From assembly GCA_965248695.1 (NCBI GenBank), contig CBDFKD010000002.1, forward strand, positions 2,208,001 through 2,272,000: a stretch of 64,000 nt of DNA, read 5' to 3'. This document shows, piece by piece, positions 15,077 to 24,990 of the stretch (the first letter of the stretch is position 1; every line of letters begins with the position of its first letter). The stretch is from Acidobacteriota bacterium (GTDB lineage: Bacteria; Acidobacteriota; UBA890; WLXD01). The notes under the pieces were generated by a model. That model was not told the DNA's origin. It was given only the letters and a program-made list of their open reading frames with translations, and ran no database searches. The translations under genes and the position numbers were made by a program.

Positions 15077-15525
15077 CCGTCGGTGCTCCTGCTGCCGACG
15101 GGCCGCTCCAGGAGCCTCTCGGCGATGCGCTCGGCGAGATCGTCGGCGTCGGTCGCGAGCTGCCGCCGGGCCGCCTCGATCTGAGCGTCGATCTCCGCTT
15201 TCGCCGTTTCGACTTTGAGTGCCGCCTCGGCGCGCGCTTCGCCCAGCACCCGATCACGATCGGCGCGCGCTTCGGTGTGCGCCTGCTCGCGAATCGCGTA
15301 GGCCTCCTTACGCGCCTTGGAAACTCGCTCTTCCACCTCGGCGAGTCGTTGCTCCTGCGCCCGGATCGCGTCGGCGAAAGCCGCGCTGGCGTCGTCGATC
15401 TCGGCTTGCCGCTGCGCCAAGATGGCGTTGAGCGGGCCAAACAGCCAGCGGTTGGCGATGAAGATCAGCGCCACGACCGCGGCAGCAACCAGGGCGATCG
15501 TTGGCAGGTGTGGAAAGTTGTCCAT
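15073..15525 (-). CDS. ATP synthase F0 subunit b'
   Basis: N-terminal TM, NRWLFGPLNAILAQR, Ala/Glu coiled coil. Confidence 0.85.
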   Translation of the reverse strand: MDNFPHLPTIALVAAAVVALIFIANRWLFGPLNAILAQRQAEIDDASAAFADAIRAQEQRLAEVEERVSKARKEAYAIREQAHTEARADRDRVLGEARAEAALKVETAKAEIDAQIEAARRQLATDADDLAERIAERLLERPVGSRSTDG

Positions 15526-15669
15526 CGAGGTTCTCGGCCTCAGCTGCCGGTTATCTGCGGCCCTGTCGCTTGGAGGCAGGTGGGCGCGGTCTGCAGAATT
15601 CGAGCGAACACAGAACAGGTAAGCCCGGTTGCCGCGAGAGGCGGCTGAGGAACAAAATGGCCGCCCGTG

Positions 15670-16050
15670 TCACTCGAGCTTAGTGATCATGCGGCTGAGT
15701 TCTCGCGCCACCGAAGAGCGGCACGATGCGTCGGCCACAGATTCTATCAGCCGCGTCGAAAGGTCGGCAAGCAACCGAGTCACCGCTTCCGTCACGATCG
15801 CTTCGACCTCGACCGTGAACGTATCAACCGCCACCGTAAGCTGTGCTTCCCACTTTTCCCCCGCCGTGTCGTCGAGCCTCAGAGTGACGACCGCAGCGTC
15901 GCTCCGGTAGTCGTAAAGGTGCGGACCGGTCAAGCCGGAAGCGCCGACCTCGAGGTGGTAGCCGCGGCGCTCGAGAACGGTTGCAAACGAGTCGCGAAGC
16001 CTATCGACGAAGCTCTCGGTGCCGAGATAGGAGCATGCCGTCGGCATCAA
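15670..16050 (-). CDS. Hypothetical protein (126 aa) between mrp and atp operons
   Basis: Protein-like composition, co-oriented, starts 6 bp after the mrpD-like stop. Confidence 0.6.
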   Translation of the reverse strand: MMPTACSYLGTESFVDRLRDSFATVLERRGYHLEVGASGLTGPHLYDYRSDAAVVTLRLDDTAGEKWEAQLTVAVDTFTVEVEAIVTEAVTRLLADLSTRLIESVADASCRSSVARELSRMITKLE

Positions 16051-16056
16051 CTGACC

Positions 16057-17748
16057 TCAAAAGAAATAGAGCAGCAGCAAAGTCGCCAGGAGGACGGCGA
16101 CCCACAGCGCCATGCTGCCGGTCGGCCAGGTACGCTCGAGGATCCCCTCCGGTCCGTGATGACGGTGGACCGTTTGCACCGTGGCTGTAATGCGCCGCCC
16201 CGCTCTGTCCAGCGCACGGGCCCACAGGCGGGCGCCGCCGCGCACAACGGGCCCGAGCGTGCTCGGCACGAGGCGTCGGTAGATCCAATCCGTATCGAGG
16301 TTGACCGATCTCAGCTCCGGCGGATACAGCCCTACCCAGTTCAGCCACGCGAACGCGACCGCGGACCAGAACAGGAGCTGAAGCTGCGAGATCACATGGG
16401 TCGCTGTGTACGGCTCGTACTCGACCGGGAACGGCAGCACGTCGTAGAGCAGTGTCGGAAAAACGCCGATTCCGATGCACAGCGAAGCCGCCAGCCCCAT
16501 GGCGATCAACATATTGCGCGGCGCTTCCTTGCAGCGGATTCCCGAGTCGTGTGCAAAGAAGGCGAAATACGGAATCTTGATGCCGGAGTGGTGAAAGACG
16601 CCCGCCGATGCGAACAGCAGCACGAAGTAAACGAAGGTGTAGTGATTCTCGGCGGTCGCGGAAATGATCAATGACTTGGTTGCGAAGCCGCTGAAGAGCG
16701 GGAACGCCGAGATCGAAGCGGCGCCGACGATGCAAAAGCCGGTCGTCCACGGCATCGATCTGTAGAGTCCGCCGAGCTCGGAACCCTTTATCGTCCCGGT
16801 GCGCAGCAGCACCGCCCCCATCGACATGAAAAGCACGCCCTTGAAGAGAATGTCGGCGAACGCGTGGGCGGCAGCACCGTTGAGGGCCATCTCGGTACCG
16901 ATACCGATACCGACCACCATGAACCCGAGCTGGTTGTTCATGCTGTAAGTAAGCACCCGCCGGAGATCGTTGACGATCACCGCGAAGAAGATCGGGAAGG
17001 CGGTCATCGCGGCGCCGATCCAGACCAGCATCTCGGTTCCAGGGAAACCGCGCGCAAGGGCGTAGACCGCCAGCTTGGTGGTGAAGGCGCTCAGAAACAC
17101 CGTCCCGGTCACGGTGGCCTCCGGATAGGCGTCCTCGAGCCAGTTGTGCAACAGCGGGAACGCACACTTGATGCCGAAGGCGATGAAAATGAGACCACCG
17201 CCGAGGCCGCCGAGCCCGAGATAATCAAATGCCAGCGATCCGGTTTCGTGAACGTGCGCCAGGACTCCGGCGAGGAGCAGCACGCCGGACGTGATCTGGA
17301 AGATCAGGTACCGCATGCCGGCCCGATACGATCGCTCGCTGCGGCGCGCCCAGATCAAGAAGACGGAGGAGACCGCGGCCAGCTCCCAGTAGACGAAGAG
17401 CGTGATCAGGTCGCCCGCGAACACCGCGCCGATGGCGCTGCCGGCGTAGACGAAGGCGGCAACGTGTTGCCCGGTGTCCTTTACCCGCAGGGCGAAGATC
17501 ATGCCGAGGAACGCCGCGATGTGGAAGATGTAGCCGAACACGAGGCTCAGCCGATCGACGCGGACGGGCGTTAGCGAGTAGTCGAAGATGGAGACCTGCA
17601 GGAGCTCCCCGTGTGAGATCGCCAGCAGCTGGAGGAAGCCCAGCGCCGGGACGAGGAGCATGTAGGCCGACCGTCCGCGCCCTCGCAGAAGCGGGACCAG
17701 CAACCCCCCGAAGATCAGGAGCCAGCCGGGCGGAAGGCTATCGATCAT
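16057..17748 (-). CDS. Mrp Na+/H+ antiporter subunit D-like (proton-conducting membrane subunit)
   Basis: LFVYWEL, GIKCAFPLLHNWLEDAYPEA, FLSAFTTK; start MIDSLPPG at 17748. Confidence 0.9.
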   Translation of the reverse strand: MIDSLPPGWLLIFGGLLVPLLRGRGRSAYMLLVPALGFLQLLAISHGELLQVSIFDYSLTPVRVDRLSLVFGYIFHIAAFLGMIFALRVKDTGQHVAAFVYAGSAIGAVFAGDLITLFVYWELAAVSSVFLIWARRSERSYRAGMRYLIFQITSGVLLLAGVLAHVHETGSLAFDYLGLGGLGGGLIFIAFGIKCAFPLLHNWLEDAYPEATVTGTVFLSAFTTKLAVYALARGFPGTEMLVWIGAAMTAFPIFFAVIVNDLRRVLTYSMNNQLGFMVVGIGIGTEMALNGAAAHAFADILFKGVLFMSMGAVLLRTGTIKGSELGGLYRSMPWTTGFCIVGAASISAFPLFSGFATKSLIISATAENHYTFVYFVLLFASAGVFHHSGIKIPYFAFFAHDSGIRCKEAPRNMLIAMGLAASLCIGIGVFPTLLYDVLPFPVEYEPYTATHVISQLQLLFWSAVAFAWLNWVGLYPPELRSVNLDTDWIYRRLVPSTLGPVVRGGARLWARALDRAGRRITATVQTVHRHHGPEGILERTWPTGSMALWVAVLLATLLLLYFF

Positions 17749-18049
17749 AGTAGTCCTCGCCCCGACCGACGATCTTGCGCAGCTGCTTCGCAGCCAGAAC
17801 GAGCAATACACACGAGACAAACCCGTAGAAGCCGAAGAAGCCGAAGATGTATTCGATCGGGAACTCGACGTGTTTCTCGTACAGAAGGTCAGCCGCAACG
17901 AGAAGGGCACAGACGATCCAGAGGGCGCGGTAGATCTTGCCGACGTTCCCCATGTCGTCGATCCAGTACTTCTTCTCGCCCGCTGGCGACTCGGTCACAT
18001 TGTCGTGCGAGGGCTTGGCGTGGCTGTCGATGCTGTTGTCGTCGTGCAT
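17738..18049 (-). CDS. Small 2-TM accessory protein of the mrp cluster
   Basis: Two hydrophobic helices, GFYGFVSCVLLVLAAK..R...GRGEDYYD; coupled to the next gene. Confidence 0.75.
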   Translation of the reverse strand: MHDDNSIDSHAKPSHDNVTESPAGEKKYWIDDMGNVGKIYRALWIVCALLVAADLLYEKHVEFPIEYIFGFFGFYGFVSCVLLVLAAKQLRKIVGRGEDYYDR

Positions 18050-18055
18050 GGCAGG

Positions 18056-19573
18056 CTACGGACTCACGATCGGGAGAAGCAGCCGATAGACCTCATCGGC
18101 ACAGAAGAACAGGACCAGACAACCTACGGCGGTTGTACAGAGCGCCACCAGGCAGAGCGTTGGTGCTTCCTTGATCGACGATCCGCCGTTTGCCCCCGGC
18201 GCCGTACCCTGGACCGCGCCGGCGGCACCATCCCCGATGACCGCTGACTCCGGCGGAGCGACGAAGAATGCCCGCGCCACAATCGACAGCAAATAGGCGA
18301 CGTTCAGAAGCGAGCTGATCATCAGAACGGCAACGAAGATGACCTTCTCCGCTTCGAGAGCACCGAGCGCCAGGAACCACTTGCTCCATGCGCCGCCGAA
18401 CGGCGGCAGACCGATAACGCTGAGCGAGCCGATGAAGAAGGCCGTCATGGTGATCGGCATGGTGCGACCGATGCCGTCCATGTCGCTGATCTCGGTCTTG
18501 TGTGCCGCCACGTAGATGGCGCCGGCACAGAAAAAGAGCGTGATCTTGCCGAAGGCGTGCATGGCGATGTGCATGCTGCCGCCCAGCACAGCGCAGCTGG
18601 TCGCCAACGCGGCGCCCAGCACGCTGTACGCGAGCTGGCTCACCGTCGAGTAAGCCAGGCGCGCCTTCAGGTTGTCTTTCGTCAGGGCGACGAGTGAAGC
18701 CGCCAAGATCGTGAACGCGGCGACGTACATGAGCCAGGTGCTCAACCCTGTGTCCATGAGCAGCTCGAGCCCGAAGACGTAGATGACGATCTTCATCACC
18801 GTGAACACGCCGACCTTGACCACAGCAACGGCGTGGAGAAGCGCGCTCACCGGTGTGGGGGCCACCATCGCCGCCGGCAGCCAGCGATGGAACGGCATCA
18901 GCGCCGCCTTGCCCGTGCCGAAGGCGAAGAGTCCCAGCAGCACGGCGAGGGTAGCCTCGTCGGCGGTCCCGGCGAGAATGCCGCCGGGACGGAAATCGAG
19001 AGTCCCCGCCAGGTACCACGTCCAGATAATGGCGAACAACAGAAACGCCACCGACGTGCTCAGCAGGATTCCGAGATAAAGCCTGCCTCCCTGTCTCGCA
19101 GCTTCGGTTCGATGGTGGGTAACGAGAGGGTAGGTCGAGAACGTCAACACCTCGTAGAAAATGAACAGGGTCAGCAGGTTTGCGGCGAACGCGACGCCTA
19201 TTGCGGCCGAGATCGCGATCGCGAAACAGGCGTAGAAACGCGTCTGGTCGCTCTCCTGGTGCCCACGCATGTAGCCGATCGAATACACCGTGGTAAGGAT
19301 CCACAGCCCCGAGGCCACCAGGGCGAAGAGCATCCCGAGCGGCTCGACCTTGAACGCCATCCACAGGCCGGCCATCACCTCCACTGCGTTGGCCTCCGGG
19401 CGACCCCCGGCCTGCACCACAGGCAGCAGCGTGTACACCACCGCGAGTAGCGCGCCGCCGGTGGTCAGGCTGGCCGCCTCGCGCAAATTCGGCCAGCGTC
19501 GCAGCGCAACAACAAGCCCGGCGCCGACCAGCGGCAGGCCGACCGCGACGTAGATGGCCAGTTGCGGGCTCAC
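18056..19573 (-). CDS. Mrp subunit D/A-family membrane protein
   Basis: FIFYEVLTFSTYPLVTH, GKAALMPFHRWLPAAMVAPTPVSALLHAVAVVK; GTG start overlaps the upstream TGA. Confidence 0.92.
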   Translation of the reverse strand: MSPQLAIYVAVGLPLVGAGLVVALRRWPNLREAASLTTGGALLAVVYTLLPVVQAGGRPEANAVEVMAGLWMAFKVEPLGMLFALVASGLWILTTVYSIGYMRGHQESDQTRFYACFAIAISAAIGVAFAANLLTLFIFYEVLTFSTYPLVTHHRTEAARQGGRLYLGILLSTSVAFLLFAIIWTWYLAGTLDFRPGGILAGTADEATLAVLLGLFAFGTGKAALMPFHRWLPAAMVAPTPVSALLHAVAVVKVGVFTVMKIVIYVFGLELLMDTGLSTWLMYVAAFTILAASLVALTKDNLKARLAYSTVSQLAYSVLGAALATSCAVLGGSMHIAMHAFGKITLFFCAGAIYVAAHKTEISDMDGIGRTMPITMTAFFIGSLSVIGLPPFGGAWSKWFLALGALEAEKVIFVAVLMISSLLNVAYLLSIVARAFFVAPPESAVIGDGAAGAVQGTAPGANGGSSIKEAPTLCLVALCTTAVGCLVLFFCADEVYRLLLPIVSP

Positions 19574-21060
19574 GGCGAGATCCCCAACAGAGACTCCGCC
19601 GCCATCCGGGCAATGCCGGCCGTCACGTCGGTGCGGGTGCCGAAGTAGAAGATGGCGATGACCAGCGCCCACATGGGCAGCAGAAGAGAAAGTGGTGCCT
19701 CGGTGACGGCGCCCTCACCGTCGCCCGCCTGTGGCTCGTCGAAGTAGGCGACCTCGACGACCCTCCAGACATAAACGGCGGCCAGCAGCGAGCTGAGCAG
19801 CACCAGCGCAGCGACCGGCCAGAGGCCCTGCTCGAGGGCGGCCAGCACCAGGTACCACTTGGAGACGAAGCCCACCGTGAGCGGCACGCCGATGAGGCTG
19901 AGGCCTCCGGCAACGAAGGCGGCCATCGTCCACGGCATACGGCGGCCCAGGCCCCGCAACTCGTCGATGTGAACCGAGCCGCAGCGCATGACGATACAGC
20001 CCATGGCCAGAAACAGGGCGCATTTCATCAAGCCGTGGTTGAAGAGGTGGACGATGCCTCCGGTCAGCCCGTTGACCGACGCGAAGCTGATGCCGAGAAC
20101 CATGTAGCCGATCTGGGCCACGCTCGAGTACGCCAGCATGCGCTTGATGTTGTTCTGGAAGATCGCCACCAGCGATGCGGTGACGATGCCGATCAGGGCG
20201 AGGGGCATCAGAAATATCCAAAGCCGCATCGATTCGAAGGTGAATTGGTATCCGAAGACGGTGAAAAAGAAGCGCAGCAGGATGTAGACGGATACCTTCG
20301 TCGCCGTAGCGGCAAGGAAAGCCGTCACGACCGACGGGGCGTAGGCGTAGGCGTTGGGGAGCCACAGATGCAACGGGAAGAGCGCCATCTTCGCGCTGAT
20401 GCCGACGACGAAGAACCCGAAGGCAACCAGCACCGTGCGGGTGTCGCGCACGCTCTCGAGCTGCACCGCCATGTCGGCCATGTTCAGCGTTCCCGTCATC
20501 GTGTAGAGCAGGCCGATGCCGATCAGGATGAACGTGGCGCCGATCGTGCCCATGATGAGGTACTGGTAGGCCGACGTGAGCGCCCGCCGATCCTGTCCCA
20601 TGCTGATCAGCACGTAGGACGACAGCGCCGATATCTCCAGGAACACGAACACGTTGAACAGGTCGCCAGTGGCGGCGATGCCGAGCAGGCCGGTCAGGCA
20701 CAGAAGGTAGGCTGTATAGAAGAGGTAGTGACGCTGGTAGCGTGGCAGCTCCACCGAGATGCTCGCCGGCGACCAGGTGGCGACGATCGCACCGATGCCG
20801 GCCACCAGAATGAGCACGAAGGCGTTGAGCAGGTCGATCCGATACTCGATGCCCCAGGGCGGCGGCCAGCCCCCGAGCTCATAGGAAATGACGCCCTGAT
20901 CGAGGACGCGGAGCATCAACAACACCGAGATCCCGAAGGTCAGCCAGGTGACCGCGATGGCGAAGCCGGTCGCCAAGGCGCGGTGCCGCAGCAGCAGGCA
21001 CACGGGCGCTGCCAGCAACGGTACGAGAACGACCAGGATGGGTAGATGGCCCTCCATCAA
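19570..21060 (-). CDS. mrpD: Mrp Na+/H+ antiporter subunit D
   Basis: GDLFNVFVFLEI, KMALFPLHLWLPNAY, KRMLAYSSVAQIGY. Confidence 0.93.
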   Translation of the reverse strand: MMEGHLPILVVLVPLLAAPVCLLLRHRALATGFAIAVTWLTFGISVLLMLRVLDQGVISYELGGWPPPWGIEYRIDLLNAFVLILVAGIGAIVATWSPASISVELPRYQRHYLFYTAYLLCLTGLLGIAATGDLFNVFVFLEISALSSYVLISMGQDRRALTSAYQYLIMGTIGATFILIGIGLLYTMTGTLNMADMAVQLESVRDTRTVLVAFGFFVVGISAKMALFPLHLWLPNAYAYAPSVVTAFLAATATKVSVYILLRFFFTVFGYQFTFESMRLWIFLMPLALIGIVTASLVAIFQNNIKRMLAYSSVAQIGYMVLGISFASVNGLTGGIVHLFNHGLMKCALFLAMGCIVMRCGSVHIDELRGLGRRMPWTMAAFVAGGLSLIGVPLTVGFVSKWYLVLAALEQGLWPVAALVLLSSLLAAVYVWRVVEVAYFDEPQAGDGEGAVTEAPLSLLLPMWALVIAIFYFGTRTDVTAGIARMAAESLLGISP

Positions 21061-21413
21061 GCCTCTACGTCCTGAACGTGAATCTCGGGTTCCTCGATCG
21101 TCCCGTACTCTTCGTGGATGCGGACGACGAGCCCCAAGGCCACGGCAGTCGTGGCCACGCCAACGACAATGGCGGTGAGGATGAGAACCCCTGGAAGCGG
21201 GTTGGAGTAGATCTCGAAGCCCTCGGCGATGATCGGCGCCGTGCCACCTTCCACCTTGCCTACAGTGATGAATAGAAGGAATACGGAGGTCTGGAAAATA
21301 CTCAGCCCGATGACCTTCTTGATGAGATTGTCGCGTGCCACGACGATGTAGAAGCCGGTCATCATCAACACGACGACCACCCAGTAGTTGTATAGCCCCA
21401 GCAGCTCGACCAT
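21057..21413 (-). CDS. mrpC: Mrp subunit C
   Basis: NLIKKVIGL, NPLP.VLILTAIVVG. Confidence 0.93.
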   Translation of the reverse strand: MVELLGLYNYWVVVVLMMTGFYIVVARDNLIKKVIGLSIFQTSVFLLFITVGKVEGGTAPIIAEGFEIYSNPLPGVLILTAIVVGVATTAVALGLVVRIHEEYGTIEEPEIHVQDVEA

Positions 21414-21832
21414 CAGCTACGCACCGTCTCGCCGAAGGCGTAGAAGATCGAAATCATCACTCCGGCGACCGTCGTTCCCACGCCGAGCTCGACAAGCAAG
21501 ATTCCGAGGTGTTGGCCGTGCACCGGATCGTGCTCGAGCACGCTGTAGTTCAAAAAAGCGCCGCCCTTGAGCATGGCGACCACACCGACGGCGATATAGA
21601 GCAAGAGTCCGAGTGGAATCAGCCGGTGGACGATCCGCGGGCTCAACGCTCGCTGACAGGCGCGCAGGTCGAAGACGATCGCGTAGAGGATGACGCCGGC
21701 AGCGAAGATCACCCCGGCCTGGAAGCCGCCCCCGGGGCCATAATCGCCGTGCCATTGGACGTAGAGGGCGTACAGGAGTATGTACGGAATCAGCAGCTTG
21801 GCAGCCACGCGGGGAACGCTCTGGCGTTTCAT
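21413..21832 (-). CDS. mrpB: Mrp subunit B
   Basis: HGDYGPGGGFQAG, ELGVG. Confidence 0.93.
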   Translation of the reverse strand: MKRQSVPRVAAKLLIPYILLYALYVQWHGDYGPGGGFQAGVIFAAGVILYAIVFDLRACQRALSPRIVHRLIPLGLLLYIAVGVVAMLKGGAFLNYSVLEHDPVHGQHLGILLVELGVGTTVAGVMISIFYAFGETVRS

Positions 21833-22390
21833 TCGTCGTCCTCGCCGTCCAGCCAACGTCGCCGCCGGGCGCCTCCCAGCAAGATGAGGACCCCGATGCC
21901 GGCGGTGAAGATCACCGCGGTCTCACCCAACGTGTCGTAGCCGCGATAGCTGGCCAGCACCGCAGTCACCAGGTTCGGCACCTCCACCTCGTGCGGCGAC
22001 TCGTGGATGTAGCGAGGCGCCACGTGGCGGTGCACCTGGGCGTCCGGATCGCCGAGTCGCGGCAGGTCCATGGTGCCGTATATGAGCGCCGCGCCAGTGA
22101 TCAGGATGACGATCAACGGCAGCAACGGAGTGTGCTTGGACTCCTTCTCCTCGGAGGTCGTCAGCGACAAGGTGACGAGAATGAGGACCGTCGAGATTCC
22201 CGCCCCGACCGATGCCTCCGTAAACGCCACGTCGGGTTGGTCCAGCACGCTCATCCAGCAAGCGCCCAACAGACTGTAGATTCCGGCAACGATCGCCGTC
22301 GAGAACAGCCCGCGGAGCCGCGCAATGCGCACCGCCGTCGCCACCAGCAACGCCAGCAGGACTAGGTCAATGATGGCGTTGATGTCTCAC
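21829..22390 (-). CDS. DUF4040/MrpA C-terminal-like subunit of the mrp cluster (start uncertain, possible +1 indel near 22387)
   Basis: PDVAFTEASVGAGIST, PNLVTAVLASYRGYDTLGE; frame is open upstream to DINAIIDLVLLAL but the GTG at 22390 is one base out of frame. Confidence 0.85.
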
Positions 22391-22706
22391 CGTCCCTTTC
22401 GTCTGCTCCATCCAGCAGCGGCTCCAATCCGCGGTCGTGAGCCGCCTGGGCGATCGAATGGGTCGCCGTCGGACTGGTTATGTAAATGAAAAAGAGGATG
22501 AAGACGAGCTTCGCGGTCACCAGCGAGATCCCCGCCTGCAGCATCAGCGCGATGAGAATGAGCGAGGTGCCCAGCGTGTCGATAACACCGGCGCCGTGCA
22601 GCCGAGTGTAGAAATCCGGCAACCGGCAAAGTCCTAGCGCCCCTGCAACGCAGAAGAAAGACCCGCCCAGGAGCAGCGCCCAGCTGAGCATGTCGATGGC
22701 GTTCAT
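22362..22706 (-). CDS. mrpG: Mrp subunit G
   Basis: RLPDFYTRLHGAG..DTLG, TSPTATH. Confidence 0.93.
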   Translation of the reverse strand: MNAIDMLSWALLLGGSFFCVAGALGLCRLPDFYTRLHGAGVIDTLGTSLILIALMLQAGISLVTAKLVFILFFIYITSPTATHSIAQAAHDRGLEPLLDGADERDGETSTPSLT

Positions 22707-22713
22707 CAGCCCG

Positions 22714-23010
22714 CTACGCTCCGTCGGCGTCGGTCGGCTCTGGCTCGGTTACTTCGGCCAGGTCGCCGTATTTGAAGTACTTGAGCACCGCGAGCGTGCC
22801 GATGAAGTTGATCAGCGCATACACCAGCGCGAGGTCGAGAAAATCGGGGCGGCCGTTGAGGAACCCGAGCACAGCGATAAACAAGACCGTGGCGGTGCCG
22901 AAGCTATTCACGGCCATCACCCGGTCGTAGACGGTCGGACCGAGCGCGGCGCGAAGCAACGCCAGGCTCATCGTGATCAGGATCGCGACCATCGTCATCG
23001 CGAACATCAA
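22714..23010 (-). CDS. mrpF: Mrp subunit F
   Basis: GPTVYDR, DLALVYALINFIG. Confidence 0.93.
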   Translation of the reverse strand: MMFAMTMVAILITMSLALLRAALGPTVYDRVMAVNSFGTATVLFIAVLGFLNGRPDFLDLALVYALINFIGTLAVLKYFKYGDLAEVTEPEPTDADGA

Positions 23011-23507
23011 CCAGCATCCTCCAGGCGCGTGACTCGCCGATCCATCTCCCCGGTCTCCACGCCCGCGGCCGCCTCGCGACTCAGCGCGTGCACGGTGATC
23101 GTGGATGCATCGACCACCACAGAAACCGTTCCGGGCGTGAGCGTAATCGAATTGGCGTACACCACCTGGCCGAGCTCGCTGCTTTGGCTGGCTGCGACCT
23201 GGATGACGTTGGGGCTGATCGGCAACCTCGGGTCCAGGATTCGCTTCACGACGTCAACGTTCGCCTTGACGATCTCCCAGGCCAGCCAGGGGATGTACAG
23301 CAGCACGCGAAGGTTGACAAACTCGACTGGGGCGCCCTCCGCATCGACGACGTTCATGCGCGCGGCGATGAGCACGACAAGCGCCGTGGAAACGACGCCC
23401 ATCACAAGCAGCAGCGGCTCGTAGTGCGGGCCCCACGGGAATGACATCCCCGACCACAGCTGCCAGACGGCGAATAGGAGCAGCCCGAGCGTGGCGGAGC
23501 GTTTCAT
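23007..23507 (-). CDS. mrpE: Mrp subunit E
   Basis: EIVKANVDV, YANSITLTPGT, VHAL. Confidence 0.94.
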   Translation of the reverse strand: MKRSATLGLLLFAVWQLWSGMSFPWGPHYEPLLLVMGVVSTALVVLIAARMNVVDAEGAPVEFVNLRVLLYIPWLAWEIVKANVDVVKRILDPRLPISPNVIQVAASQSSELGQVVYANSITLTPGTVSVVVDASTITVHALSREAAAGVETGEMDRRVTRLEDAG

Positions 23508-23690
23508 CTGGGGTTCCCGTTGCTGATTCGAGCGTCGCGCCGAAGGCGGCTACGGTGCCGCAGCAGCGTGCGCCGTATACTCGCATCGGTTCGCGTGGTG
23601 CTCAACCTCGCGATCGGCCATTCGCTTTGCGACGCCGCCGAGTACCACCGTCGCACGCAGGGTCCGCCCAAGCTGTATCGACAGCAAGTC

Positions 23691-23706
23691 GTTATTACAC
23701 AATAAC
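23691..23706. promoter_or_regulatory. Inverted repeat GTTATT-N4-AATAAC upstream of the mrp operon (candidate operator)
   Basis: AT-rich 6-4-6 palindrome in the bactofilin-mrpE intergenic region. Confidence 0.4.
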
Positions 23707-23711
23707 TTAGA

Positions 23712-24128
23712 CTATTTCGACGAACCTGGAGAGGCGGCCACAGGGACGGCAGGGTCGGGCACCGCCGGCGTCGGTGTCGCCTCGGTGGCGGCGGGCTTGC
23801 CGCGGCGCATCTCACAGCGCCCACGAAAGTAACCGCCAGGCTCGATGACCAGCTTGTCAGTGTCGAGATCGGCTTCGACGCGGCCGCTGGCGTGTATCGT
23901 CACTCGTTCGGCGGCTCGCACCTGGCCGGTGATTGCACCGTGTACGGCGAGCTCGCCGACCTCTACCTCGCCCTGCAGCACTGCCCGCGGACCGAGGATC
24001 AGAGTCGCAGGCGAGAACACCTTGCCCGAGAACTTGCCGTCTATACGTACCGACCCCTTGAACTGCAACGTGCCGTCGATCTCGGTGCCTTCTCCCAGAT
24101 GGCCGTCCAGGTTGCCTGTGGTGCTCAT
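23712..24128 (-). CDS. Bactofilin (polymer-forming cytoskeletal protein)
   Basis: LGEGTEIDGTLQFKGSVRIDG ... LVIEPGGYFRGRCEM beta-helix repeats. Confidence 0.92.
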   Translation of the reverse strand: MSTTGNLDGHLGEGTEIDGTLQFKGSVRIDGKFSGKVFSPATLILGPRAVLQGEVEVGELAVHGAITGQVRAAERVTIHASGRVEADLDTDKLVIEPGGYFRGRCEMRRGKPAATEATPTPAVPDPAVPVAASPGSSK

Positions 24129-24138
24129 GAGCGTTTCC

Positions 24139-24990
24139 TCAGTCGATAGTCGTCAGTAGGTCGTAGATTCGATTCAGCTCTTCCAGCGACGTGAAGGTTA
24201 TTTCGACCTTCCCGCGTTCCTTGCCACGAATGGCAACTGGCGTGCCCAGCGACTTCGCCAGCCGTTCTTCCGCGGCCGCTACGTCGGGATCGCGCGGAGG
24301 CGGGTTGGTCGCCTCGTTCCGTGGGCTGTTCTCTGTGCGGACGCGTGCTTCAGTCTGGCGAACGGTCAGACCGCGTGCGACGATTTGCGACGCGACGCGA
24401 AGCTGTGCCGCTGCCGATGAAAGCCCGAGCAGAGCGCGAGCGTGCCCCATCGTCAGGTCTCCGTCAACGAGTTGCTGCTGGATCGTCTCCGGTAGCGATA
24501 GAAGGCGAAGATAGTTCGCCACCGTCGAGCGCTCCTTGCCAACCCGAGCCGCGGTCTTCTCCTGCGTCAAGCCCATCTCATCGACCAGGAGGTGGTAGGC
24601 GCGCGCTTGTTCGATCGCGTTGAGGTCCTCGCGCTGGAGGTTCTCGATCAGCGCCAGCTCGAGCGACTGGCGCGGTGTGGCCTCTCGAACGACCGCTGGG
24701 ATGCGGTCAAGGCCGGCCCGCTGCGCGCCACGCCAGCGCCGCTCTCCGGCAATCAACTCGAAGCCGTTCTCCGATTCGCGCACGACGATCGGTTGCAATA
24801 CACCGTGCGCCTTCAACGAGTTGGCCATCGACTCGATGCTTTTGTCGTCAAAGCTCTCCCGCGGCTGCTGTGGGTTGGGCCGGATGAGATCGATCTCCAG
24901 CTCGAGTAGCCGCGCGCCCGTCGGACCGGCCGCCGCCACTTCAGCCGGTATCAACGCGTCAAGGCCGCGCCCGAGTACCTTCCGTGCCAT
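24139..24990 (-). CDS. parB: Chromosome partitioning protein ParB
   Basis: LGRGLDALI, PNPQQPR, LIAGERRWR, IENLQREDL. Confidence 0.97.
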   Translation of the reverse strand: MARKVLGRGLDALIPAEVAAAGPTGARLLELEIDLIRPNPQQPRESFDDKSIESMANSLKAHGVLQPIVVRESENGFELIAGERRWRGAQRAGLDRIPAVVREATPRQSLELALIENLQREDLNAIEQARAYHLLVDEMGLTQEKTAARVGKERSTVANYLRLLSLPETIQQQLVDGDLTMGHARALLGLSSAAAQLRVASQIVARGLTVRQTEARVRTENSPRNEATNPPPRDPDVAAAEERLAKSLGTPVAIRGKERGKVEITFTSLEELNRIYDLLTTID

